A DNA stretch of 64,000 nucleotides from positions 23 to 64,022 of the forward strand of contig JASGGG010000006.1 in the NCBI GenBank assembly GCA_047605165.1, written 5' to 3'. A model generated the notes under the pieces. It made no database searches, was not told the DNA's origin, and saw only the letters and a list, made by a program, of their open reading frames with translations. A program made the position numbers and the translations under genes. Source of the DNA: Nocardioidaceae bacterium. GTDB lineage: Bacteria > Actinomycetota > Actinomycetes > Propionibacteriales > Nocardioidaceae. Shown in pieces: positions 27,101-35,958 of this stretch (the first letter of the stretch is position 1; each line of letters begins with the position of its first letter).

Positions 27101-27702
27101 CCGCGGCGTGACCGATGCCGTTGATCGCCGCGACCATGTCCCGCACCCCGACCGAGTGCAGACCCCGCCACTTCCCCTCGGCGGACACCCTGGCGTTGAC
27201 CTGCAAGTGAAGGTGCCGGTGCGGGTCACCGGCACGGGAGGTGTAGTGCCGGATCACCGCCGCCTCGATCTGCTCCACTGGGACCTGGACCTGCCGGCCA
27301 CGCGGCCCGACTCGGGTCGTGGCGTGTTCGGCCAGCCAGCCGATGATCTGCTCCGCTGCCCGATCCTGAGCAGCATCCAGTGCCTCGGAGACCTCCGGAT
27401 GCAACGCCGCGGCCAGCGACCAGGTCTTGGGTCCGTTGACGGTGACCTCGACGAACCGCAACGCCTTGCCGTCGTCGCGAAGCCGGCCCTTCGCCTTGCC
27501 GGTGTCGACGTCGTAGCCGGCGACCCAGCGCTCGTAGGTCTCACCGTCCAGCTCACCCTGCCCGCGCGGCCGATGCGCCCGGTGAGGCGGTGTAGCGGGT
27601 CGCGACCCCTGAGCCCTCGGCCAGGTAGTAGTCGTCGGCGCGGGAGTGGTCGGCCTCGACGTAGGCCCGCGCCGCAGCCGCAGACCCGCGGTAGAACTTC
27701 AC
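24105..27702 (-). pseudogene. MobF/TrwC-type relaxase fused to RecD-like helicase (TraA-like), interrupted by one frameshift near 27553
   Basis: The N-terminal frame reads VKFYRGSAAAARAYVEADHSRADDYYLAEG... and stops at a TGA at 27553-27555. The adjacent frame continues ELDGETYERWVAGYDVDTGKAKGRLRDDGKALRFVEVTVNGPKTWSLAA...HRHLHLQVNARV. The helicase Walker A is EGAAGAGKTT. Confidence 0.8.
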
Positions 27703-28026
27703 CCCACCATGCACACCGACCATCCCACAGTTGCTCTGGACGAGGCCCGCAACGAGTGCCAACAACGTCCAACGACTACCCTGAAAATGACGCTCGGCCC
27801 GCCCAGGTGGGGCGGACCGATCTACGTACTTCGTAGCATGCGTGCAGCGGATTTGGGCAGGTCAGACGGCGTGTTGCGAGCAGAACTCGGGTAAGGCTGA
27901 GGGTCGAGCTGGTGGTCGTTGGTGGCAGTGATTGAGTCGACCAGCGGGTGGGGTCAGTGGGGCAGGCGACCACCTGCTCCCTGCGGCGGAGACCAACGGT
28001 GGTCGGTCCGTCGAAACCGGTGTCCG

Positions 28027-28449
28027 CTAGTCAGCGAGTCGCACGACGGTGCACCCGGACAATACGGCGGATTCGAGGATCGCCATCGCCCCGTCGGAGA
28101 CGCAGAGATTGAAGGACTGGTCCAACCAGAAGTCAGAGCGTCCGGGTGCGCCGGTAACCTGAAGCCATCGGTAATCTCGGTGCTCGGCCTTCCCGTAGAG
28201 CTGTCGGTAGTTGTCGCTGGGTCGGACGGGGGCCTTCGTCAGCTTGAAGCCGTCCAGGTGGGCCTTCTTAAGTCGGGATCCGAGTTGGTCGCTCACGAGG
28301 AACACAGGGAACGACGTGATCAGCTCATCGGTCTCCGGTTGGTCCAGCACGTACTCGAGGCGCTTGACCTTCGGCGGGTGGGTGCTGGTGTCGAGGTCGG
28401 TGTCGGGGCCGAGTTCGCCGGCCACTTGGGGGTCGAGTCGGTAGGGCAT
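28027..28449 (-). CDS. candidate immunity protein for the upstream nuclease toxin
   Basis: This 140-aa cytoplasmic-looking protein starts 2 nt after the toxin stop. The arrangement is typical of polymorphic toxin-immunity pairs. Confidence 0.55.
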   Translation of the reverse strand: MPYRLDPQVAGELGPDTDLDTSTHPPKVKRLEYVLDQPETDELITSFPVFLVSDQLGSRLKKAHLDGFKLTKAPVRPSDNYRQLYGKAEHRDYRWLQVTGAPGRSDFWLDQSFNLCVSDGAMAILESAVLSGCTVVRLAD

Positions 28450-28451
28450 CG

Positions 28452-30404
28452 CTAGCCGATCTTAGGAGTGAAGAGGTGGCCGAACTTACGGTCGATCTCC
28501 GTGGCCTCGTTGAGGATGTCCTCACGAGTCGTCGATGATGCGGGATGGGTCTTGTAGAACTCGTCCCACGCCTTCCGAATGTCGCTCAGATGCAGCGAGG
28601 AATTCAGCTCGTTGGGGATGCCACGCAGGTTCTCGAGCGAGTGGATCTCCGAAGCCGTGAACTTGCCCGGGTACCGGGTGAGCACGCTCTGCTCGATTGC
28701 GTGGTGCACGACGACCTCGCCCTTGAGTTCGGGATTGGCCGCGAAGAACGTTGCCCGGTAGTTGGTGCTTGTAGCTTCGCCGACTGTCGCTCTGACGGTG
28801 GCGACGCTCCGAGCGGCTTCGGTCTCAGCCTTGACTACCGCGGCGCTCGGTCGTGCAGCCTCGGCGACCTTGGCCACGCGCACTGCCTCGGTGGCGACCT
28901 TGGCAGCCTTGGCGATCTTGGTGAAGGCGAGACCCGGGACGGCGGCGGCCAGCGAGAGGCCGGCTTCGGTGTAGTCGCCTTGGACGGTGTACCAGGTCGC
29001 GTTCGTCGCTGCAGCACCGATGCCGATGGCGTCGAAGGGCGGAGGAGCGAAGGTCGAGAGAGACAGGATGTCGAGCACGTTGTGACCCCAGTGCTCGATC
29101 CAGTGCCACAGCTCCTTGGCGACCGCGACGACGCAGTGCCCGTAGTCGAGCGGGTTCCAGGAACAGCCGCTCCCTTCCTTCATGCTCTTGGCCAGACCCT
29201 GCAGCACCTGCGAGTCGCCGAGCGGCGTGCCGCCGGCTGCCTCGGCCACGGCTTCGGTCACTCCGCCGGTCGAGTCGATGGCGGAGTTCAGGGCGGTGAG
29301 CGTCGCGGTCATCCCGACGTTGTTGCCGTCGGATGCGGTCGGGAAGTGGTGCTCGAAGAACAGGTAGTGGGTGAACTTTCCGACCGGGTGATCCGAGCCG
29401 TCGTAGGAGATGTTCTCCGTCCCGGGCTCGAAGTCAGTGAAGGCCCAGTCGCTCGCGGTCGGGTTCGAGGTGAGCGCCGCCGTCATGGCGAGCATGCCGT
29501 CGGTCAGGTAAGCCCCGTCAGGCGCGGGCGCATACTTCGCATCGTCCAGACGCGCCTCGGACCAGCCGTTGTCGCCGTGGGCTTGGTCGTACTCCGTGTA
29601 GGTCGTCGTCAGTGCCATTAGGAAGTTGTTCGACCAGTAGCCGCGGGAGATCAGCAGGAGCAGGTTCTGCTTGTTGGCGATGTCCTGGTCAGTGCGCTGC
29701 TTGGTGGCTGCGTCCGGCGGATCGGCGGACTCGCTGTACAAATCCGTCGGAGCGGTTGTCGCCTGGATAAGGTTGTCCGACCATGCCAGCGGGAGCGATT
29801 CATCGCCGGTGCCGTGAGTTGCTAAGGCCAGGGTCCCCGCAAGGTCGGTCAGGGTGTTCTCGTAGGCGGTTGTGTCAATGCCTGCCCGGAACGGCGTCGT
29901 GGTGCCGGCGACCGAAGCTAGCGCGTCGCCAAGCATGCGCGGGGTGGTCTGCGATGCGAAGAGGTAAGCAAAGTCGGGGCTACCGCGGTGGGCCGCGAGC
30001 TGCTTGTCGAGTGCCGCAAGGTCCGGCTTCCGGAGCGCCTTGACGGCCGCGGCTGCCTCGCGGTGGTCCTTCCACTGCTGATCGTGGAAGGTCGGGAGTT
30101 GCGTGTAGGCGATCGCGGCTCCCGCGATGATGGCCAGGATGATTGCCGTGGCCACCGCGGCGATCCATCGCGGTCGCTTCGGTTTGCTGAAGGTCAGGTT
30201 GGTCCGGCGCTTGTCGGGCTGCTCGTCGTCCAGCTTCCAGCACTTGGCCTCCCACCTGCCGACGACATGGTCGCGCCGGGAGTGGCGTACGCGCTTCGTC
30301 CTGAGGTTCTGTCGCGGGGTGCGCGAGGAGGCGCCGCCCTCACGGGCTGCGCGACTCTCTGGCCCAGCGGTTGTCAACTCTGCTTCTCCTGACGACTCCG
30401 TCAC
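28452..30404 (-). CDS. membrane-anchored polymorphic-toxin-like protein with C-terminal xHH-type HNH/EndoVII-fold nuclease domain
   Basis: A basic N-terminus is followed by one TM segment (WIAAVATAIILAIIAGAAIAY) and a domain of about 400 aa of unknown fold. A pre-toxin-like linker (GDYTEAGLSLAAAVPGLAFTKIAKAAK) precedes the tip, which reads EVVVHHAIEQ...ENLRGIPNELNSSLH (HH..N..H spacing). Confidence 0.6.
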   Translation of the reverse strand: MTESSGEAELTTAGPESRAAREGGASSRTPRQNLRTKRVRHSRRDHVVGRWEAKCWKLDDEQPDKRRTNLTFSKPKRPRWIAAVATAIILAIIAGAAIAYTQLPTFHDQQWKDHREAAAAVKALRKPDLAALDKQLAAHRGSPDFAYLFASQTTPRMLGDALASVAGTTTPFRAGIDTTAYENTLTDLAGTLALATHGTGDESLPLAWSDNLIQATTAPTDLYSESADPPDAATKQRTDQDIANKQNLLLLISRGYWSNNFLMALTTTYTEYDQAHGDNGWSEARLDDAKYAPAPDGAYLTDGMLAMTAALTSNPTASDWAFTDFEPGTENISYDGSDHPVGKFTHYLFFEHHFPTASDGNNVGMTATLTALNSAIDSTGGVTEAVAEAAGGTPLGDSQVLQGLAKSMKEGSGCSWNPLDYGHCVVAVAKELWHWIEHWGHNVLDILSLSTFAPPPFDAIGIGAAATNATWYTVQGDYTEAGLSLAAAVPGLAFTKIAKAAKVATEAVRVAKVAEAARPSAAVVKAETEAARSVATVRATVGEATSTNYRATFFAANPELKGEVVVHHAIEQSVLTRYPGKFTASEIHSLENLRGIPNELNSSLHLSDIRKAWDEFYKTHPASSTTREDILNEATEIDRKFGHLFTPKIG

Positions 30405-30552
30405 GACGGGGGCGAGGCTACTTCGATCCGCGCCCCTGGGTGGTCAGAACCTGATCGTCCGAAACGAACGGGCAGACCTTACGGCCGCAGGCCGACACAA
30501 ATCGTTTCACGGGACCGTCCGCCGCCGCCCGCAAGGGGGCAGGCAGACGGTC

Positions 30553-32208
30553 TCAGCGGAGCCCGAGGTGTTTGGCGACATCCTGGCCACCGACCGCGGT
30601 CACGACGTCGGGGTCACCGACAACGACCAGCAGATCGGTGGCGCGGGACATCCCGACGTAGAGGCGCTCGCGGGCGCGGTCGCGGGTGCCGTCTTCGTTG
30701 AGGCAGAGCACGACAGCGGAGCGTTCCAAGCCTTTACAGCCCAGGACGTGGCCGTAGAAGACCTCCTCACCGTCGAAGTAGTTGGCCCAGTAGCCCCGCT
30801 GGCCTTCCTGCTCCTGTTGCATGACTTGGGTCCAGTGCCGTGATCCTGTGGTGATGAGTGCGACCTGCCCTGGCTCCCAGCCTTCCTCGTCGAGTAGGCG
30901 GATGACCTGGTCGTCGGCGACCTCGACCGCATCGTGCACGGCGGCGGGCAGGAATCGGACCTCGGGTCCGGTTCCGCCGCGGGCGTACATCCGTGAGGGT
31001 GCGAGTGGGGCGAATGCCTCGGCGATCTGCCTGGTGTTGCGCAGGCAGTGATCGAGCACGAGCGGGACCAACGGCACGGGTGGGCGCCCAAAGCGGCCGA
31101 AGATGCGCTGATTCTCATCGGAGAACACGTAGAGGCCACCGTCGGTCTCGTCGCGCAGCGCGGCGATCAGCGGGGTCCACCAGGAGTCGGCGAAGTCCTG
31201 GGCCTCGTCGACGACGATGGCGTCGAACCGCTTGCCTTTGGGCAGTTGCCGCGCGAGTTCGGCCATGCGCCGCGGAAGCTCTTCTTCCCAGAAGGCTGAG
31301 GCGGCTCGGTCGCCGAATTCGGTCAGGCCCCACTCGGCGGCGAGTTCCTCGAAGGTTCCGACGAACGCGGGGCGGTCCTTCCTGGGCCAGGACGTGACCT
31401 GTCGTTTGAGGTGCTCGGCCAGCCCGATCGAGTAGCAGAGCAGCGCGGTGCGCTGGGCTTTGCGGTCGTGGCGGCCTCGGGTGAGCTCCTTGGCTTGCTG
31501 GAGCGCGAGCACTGTCTTGCCGCTGCCGGCGCCGCCACGGACCTCGACGCGGTTGAGCAGTCGGGTGACCGAGAGGATGAGGCTCTGCTGGTCGGTGAGC
31601 CGGTCGGCGGTGGCCTGCCGGTCGAGTGCTTCGGCGTTGACGTCGTAGGTCGTGGTCAGTCGTCCGCCGAGGATCTCGGCGAGGGCTTCGGTGTCGTCTG
31701 GGGTGAGGGTGCGGCGGTTGGTCTCCATGTCGTGGGCGTTGCGCCGTAGCCGGGTGATCAGGGTGGGTAGGTCGTCGCGGTCGTGCAAGGCGTGGCGAGG
31801 CAGGTCGGGCAGGTCCTGGGGCGGGAAGGTGCTGTACGGGACGACGACGCCGTGTGCCCAGGCGACTCGTCCTCGGCCGCCCCAGCGAGGGTCGGCCTCT
31901 ACGTAGCGTCGGATGGCGTGCTTGGCGTCGCGGGCTTGGTCGACCGGGTGGATCCACTTCGACTCGCCGGCGACGGTCTGGATCCAGCCGTCCTCGTACC
32001 AGACCGACGAGCCCTTGACCTCAAGCACGAGCACGCCGAAGTCCGGCATCACCACGATCAGGTCCGCTTCGTAGTCCCGGTTCTCGTCGGTGAGCCGGAA
32101 GTTGGCGAACAGCAGATCGTCTGGTCCGAGCCCGTTCCGTAGTCGCTCCCAGGTCTGCTGTTCGGAGTTGGTGGCGAACTGCGGGGATTCTGGGAAGAGC
32201 CTCACCAC
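30553..32208 (-). CDS. NERD domain fused to UvrD/RecD-like SF1 helicase/ATPase
   Basis: NERD motif ADLIVVMPDFGVLVLEVKG, Walker A GGAGSGKT, Walker B VVDEAQDF and C-terminal YVGMSRATDLLVVV. Confidence 0.8.
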   Translation of the reverse strand: MVRLFPESPQFATNSEQQTWERLRNGLGPDDLLFANFRLTDENRDYEADLIVVMPDFGVLVLEVKGSSVWYEDGWIQTVAGESKWIHPVDQARDAKHAIRRYVEADPRWGGRGRVAWAHGVVVPYSTFPPQDLPDLPRHALHDRDDLPTLITRLRRNAHDMETNRRTLTPDDTEALAEILGGRLTTTYDVNAEALDRQATADRLTDQQSLILSVTRLLNRVEVRGGAGSGKTVLALQQAKELTRGRHDRKAQRTALLCYSIGLAEHLKRQVTSWPRKDRPAFVGTFEELAAEWGLTEFGDRAASAFWEEELPRRMAELARQLPKGKRFDAIVVDEAQDFADSWWTPLIAALRDETDGGLYVFSDENQRIFGRFGRPPVPLVPLVLDHCLRNTRQIAEAFAPLAPSRMYARGGTGPEVRFLPAAVHDAVEVADDQVIRLLDEEGWEPGQVALITTGSRHWTQVMQQEQEGQRGYWANYFDGEEVFYGHVLGCKGLERSAVVLCLNEDGTRDRARERLYVGMSRATDLLVVVGDPDVVTAVGGQDVAKHLGLR

Positions 32209-33233
32209 GGCTCCGGAGCCACTTCGTGATGAGCGAGGAGGCGCTTGGCTAGACCTGGACCTTCGCTGACCAGGCCGGCGGGACGCAGGATGCGGGTCTC
32301 TGGCCCGGAGGCGAGGGTGATCAGGCCGACGCGCCAGCCGACCGGCTCCAGCAGGTCGACATCGACGGTGAATCCGTCGGCTGTGTCGGCGATGACCGCG
32401 CTGCCTTCGGCGTATTCATCGAGCGCCCAACGGGCGCGGTGGGGCAGCTGCACGCGGACGGTGGTTGTTGCGCGTTGCTCCCTGAGTAGTACCTCAGCGT
32501 CGGCGCCGGGCGCGAAAGTCTCATCGAGCACCTCCGCGTCGCGGATGTTGGAGACGAGGTAGGTGCGGAGCCTGCCGTTCGCGGTGACCGGCCCAGCGTC
32601 GACCTCCCAGCCTCGCACCGTCGTCTGCACGAGCCGCCAGGGTTCGATGGTGCGCTCGACGACCCCTGTCTCCCACTGTCGGGAGTAGCGGATGCGGACT
32701 TTGCGTCGCTGGGCCGAGGCTTGTTGTAGGCAGTCGAGGAACGCTGGGCGCCAGAGGTTGTCTGTGAGGGACTCGGTGTCGCCGCCCATGAGTGTCTCGG
32801 CGATGATCCAGACTGCGGATTCGAGGACCGGGTCGCCTTCCGGCGCTTGGAGGTCGAGGGCCGCGCTGGCGGCTGCGTGGATGAGGGCGAGCTCTCCGGC
32901 GTCGAGGTACTCGACACCGAGGTCCTGGGGCTCTTCCACGAGACGCACGACGAGCGCACTTGCGGGGTCGGCCTCGCGGTTCTCATCGTCTTCGGGGGCC
33001 TCGTCCTGCTCGTCGTTTGCGCCGGTCCATTCCAGGACTCGTCGGCGGGTCAGGCCCATCCAGATGCCGATGTCGGCCGCGTAGTAGGCGAGCAGGTCTT
33101 CGCGCAGCTCGTCGGCGTCGATGCCGCACTCATCGGCCAGCATTGAGAGCGGCACGCCGTCGGGGTGGGCGTGGAGTTGGTCGAAGACATCGAGCAATCG
33201 TGCGATGCGACGTACGTAGGACGGTGTGGCCAT
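32202..33233 (-). CDS. WYL-domain transcriptional regulator, PafC-like
   Basis: N-terminal wHTH (RRIARLLDVFDQLHAHPDGVPLSMLADECGIDADELREDL) is followed by an acidic insert. The WYL-type core reads VRIRYSRQWETGVVERTIEPWRLV, with a C-terminal extension. Confidence 0.75.
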   Translation of the reverse strand: MATPSYVRRIARLLDVFDQLHAHPDGVPLSMLADECGIDADELREDLLAYYAADIGIWMGLTRRRVLEWTGANDEQDEAPEDDENREADPASALVVRLVEEPQDLGVEYLDAGELALIHAAASAALDLQAPEGDPVLESAVWIIAETLMGGDTESLTDNLWRPAFLDCLQQASAQRRKVRIRYSRQWETGVVERTIEPWRLVQTTVRGWEVDAGPVTANGRLRTYLVSNIRDAEVLDETFAPGADAEVLLREQRATTTVRVQLPHRARWALDEYAEGSAVIADTADGFTVDVDLLEPVGWRVGLITLASGPETRILRPAGLVSEGPGLAKRLLAHHEVAPEPW

Positions 33234-33234
33234 C

Positions 33235-34143
33235 TCAAACGCCTGCCATCTCGCGCAGCTCGGACAGCATCTCCTCGCGGAAGTCCTCCGGACCGACGAC
33301 CTGGATTCGCTCGCCCAGCATGTAGAGCCGCGCGCGCATGGCGGCCCGGTGAGTCACATGATAGGTCAGCAGATGCGTGCCGCCCTCAGCGACGTGGCGC
33401 TCGGTCGGCTCTTGGAGCCACCGCACCACGTCGGGCAGGAACTCGTCCGGGACGGCGATCGTCACGTCGGTCGACTCATCGGCCTCCCAGCGCAGCGGGT
33501 GCAGGGCCAGTCGGCCGACAGGCTCGACCCGGTCCGCGGTACCGGCTTGTCCGAGGTGGACCTCGCTCATCCGAGAGACCACGAAGTGCTTCACCTCTGC
33601 GTGACCGTCTTCTCTGCCGCTGAGGTACCACTGGCTGTTCTGGTGACGCACGCTGGCCGGATGCACGATTCGGTCGCGGCCGTTGTAGCGGAATCGGATG
33701 AGCGCATGGCGCTGTACGGCACGCATCGCGGCATCGAGGTGCTCCAGCTCTTCCGGATGCTTGACCGCGATGTCGGGGACCGGCCGCACCGCCTCGGGCT
33801 CCAGCCCGAGCCGTAAAGCGAGGTCGCTCCGGTCTGCCAGGAGCGCGGTCCGTTGGAGCGCGGTCTGCTCGGCGGCGTTGAGCCGCAGGCGAAGCCGACT
33901 GTCGCCTGTGCGCAGCCGCCACACCGCGTCAGCGCGGGCAGGGGCGATGTTGTCGATCTGCCAGCCTTGGCTTCGCAGGTGCCGGAACTCGCGGCCCAGT
34001 GCGTCGGTGGAGTCGTTGGCGTCGAATCCCGCGATCCGCATCAAGGTCGCGGCCGGCACGCCACGCTCACCGGCGTCAGAGAGTACGGCCGTCAGCCGGA
34101 TGAGTCGCTCCATCGGCTCGCGCTGCTTCCGTCCCCGTGCCAC
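33235..34143 (-). CDS. WYL-domain transcriptional regulator, PafB-like
   Basis: ERLIRLTAVLSDAGERGVPAATLMRIAG...FRHLRSQGWQI is the HTH. The WYL core is LIRFRYNGRDRIVHPASVRHQNSQWYLSG. GTG start inferred at 34143. Confidence 0.75.
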   Translation of the reverse strand: MARGRKQREPMERLIRLTAVLSDAGERGVPAATLMRIAGFDANDSTDALGREFRHLRSQGWQIDNIAPARADAVWRLRTGDSRLRLRLNAAEQTALQRTALLADRSDLALRLGLEPEAVRPVPDIAVKHPEELEHLDAAMRAVQRHALIRFRYNGRDRIVHPASVRHQNSQWYLSGREDGHAEVKHFVVSRMSEVHLGQAGTADRVEPVGRLALHPLRWEADESTDVTIAVPDEFLPDVVRWLQEPTERHVAEGGTHLLTYHVTHRAAMRARLYMLGERIQVVGPEDFREEMLSELREMAGV

Positions 34144-34315
34144 AGGCCCATTCTGGCCGGTCGATCCCGCTCCTCGCAGACGTTCCAGGCGCCGGTCGGA
34201 CGCTCGACCGCGATTTGTGTCGGCAGCCGGCCCTACACCTATCCCCGACAACACCGACCGCGGCCAACGGGTCGCATCCGGCTCGACCGCGAGTCGTGCA
34301 CCAACGGAGGGCACC

Positions 34316-34669
34316 ATGTCTTACTCACAGCTTCCCCCGGCGCCTGATGGCGCCATCAGCAGCGCCCACAAGGGCAGCAACGGCCTCGCCGTCGCCGGGT
34401 TCGTCCTCGGCCTCCTGGGCCTGCTCGGCTCCTTCATCCCTGTCGTCAACATCGGCGCGATCGTGCTGGCCGTGATCGGCCTCGTCCTAGCCGGCATCGG
34501 CCTTGCGCGCTCGAAGTCGGCCCGAGGCGGCAAGGGTCTGGCCATCGCCGGCCTCATCCTCAGTGTCCTGGGCATCATCATCGCCATCATCATCGACGTC
34601 GCCGTCGGCAACGCCTTCCACAAGGCCACCAGCAACAGCGTCGACACCAGCACGGTAAAGACACCCTGA
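34316..34669 (+). CDS. DUF4190-type small membrane protein; stop codon supplied by the IS3 terminal repeat
   Basis: MSYSQLPPAPDG...GLAVAGFVLGLLGLLGSFIPVVNIGAIVLAVIGLVLAGIGL.... The TGA at 34667-34669 is the first three bases of the IS inverted repeat. Confidence 0.7.
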   Translation: MSYSQLPPAPDGAISSAHKGSNGLAVAGFVLGLLGLLGSFIPVVNIGAIVLAVIGLVLAGIGLARSKSARGGKGLAIAGLILSVLGIIIAIIIDVAVGNAFHKATSNSVDTSTVKTP

Positions 34670-34717
34670 ACCGCCCCGGCGTGTCCGGAGAGCTGATTCG
34701 TTGGAAGGATCACTCTC

Positions 34718-35041
34718 ATGTCACGACCCTCGAAGTACACCCCGGAGCTGCGTGAGCGCGCGGTGCGGATGGTGATGGAGTCTAGGCAGGATTATCCGCA
34801 CGAGGCCGCGGCGATCAGGTCGGTCGCGGGCAAGCTCGGGATCACCTCGCCCGAGTCGCTGCGCAAGTGGCTGCGCCAGGCCGAGATCGATGGCGGTACC
34901 CGTCCGGGGAAGACCAGTGAGGAGATTGCTGAGATCAAGAGCCTCAAGAAGGAGGTCGCCGAGCTTCGGCGGGCCAACGAGATCTTGAAGGCGGCCTCGG
35001 CTTTCTTCGCGGCGGAGCTCGACCGCCCCAACAGGTTCTGA
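34718..35041 (+). CDS. IS3 transposase OrfA (HTH/leucine zipper)
   Basis: MSRPSKYTPELRERAVRMV...ESLRKWLRQAEIDGG...EIKSLKKEVAELRRANEILKAASAFFAAELD. Confidence 0.9.
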   Translation: MSRPSKYTPELRERAVRMVMESRQDYPHEAAAIRSVAGKLGITSPESLRKWLRQAEIDGGTRPGKTSEEIAEIKSLKKEVAELRRANEILKAASAFFAAELDRPNRF

Positions 35042-35958
35042 TCGACTTCATCGCTGCTCACAAAGACGAGTTCGGGGTCGAGCCGATCTCTCGCGTGCTC
35101 GCTGAGCACGGGATCAAGATCGCCCCGTCCACCTTCTACGAGGCCGTCAGTCGGCGGCCCTCGAAACGAGTGCTCCGCGACGCTGAACTGGTCGCGCTGA
35201 TCGAGGCCGAGCGTGGCCGACAGAAGCTGATCGCGAGGTTCGGGGCCAGGAAGATGTGGCTCCACCTGCGAGGCAGGGGCCACGACGTCGCGCGGTGCAC
35301 CATCGAGCGGCTCTACCGCGAGCAGGGCTGGCAAGGCGCCCTGCGGCTGAAGAAGATCCGCACCACCATCGGCGACCCCGCGGCCGAACGGCCACTTGAC
35401 CGGGTCGACCGACACTTCTGGGCGTCGCGCCCGAACCAGCTGTGGGTAGCCGACTTCACCTACGTCGCGACCTGGGCCGGCACCGTCTATGTCGCGTTCG
35501 TCTTCGACGTCTTCAGCCGGCGGATCGTCGGGTGGAGGGCGGCCACCCGGATGACCACCGACCTGGTGCTGGACACCTTGGAGCATGCGATCTGGACGCG
35601 TCGCCAGCAGGGCGTCACCGACCTATCGGGACTCATCCATCACACCGATGCCGGGTCCCAATACGTCAGTTTCGCGTTCACACAACGTCTTGTCGACGAG
35701 GGCGTCGACCCGTCGGTTGGCTCGATTGGCGACGCCTACGATAACGCGCTCGCGGAGTCACAGATCGGGCTCTACAAGGCCGAGTTGATCCGACCCGAAG
35801 GCCCTTGGCGCGGGGTCGAGCATGTCGAACTGGAGACCCTGAACTGGGTCGACTTCTTCAACAACGAGCGCCCCCACGAGGCCCTCGACGACCTCACCCC
35901 GATGGCCGCCGAAGAACTCCACTACGCTGCAAGGAACCGGCTCAAGCCGACCGGCTGA
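35040..35958 (+). CDS. IS3 transposase OrfB (DDE integrase core), expressed via -1 frameshift from OrfA
   Basis: The -1 frame is open from about 35020 (..QQVLIDFIAAHKDEFGVEPISRVL..). Motifs: WVADFTYV, HTDAGSQYVS and YDNALAES. Confidence 0.85.
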
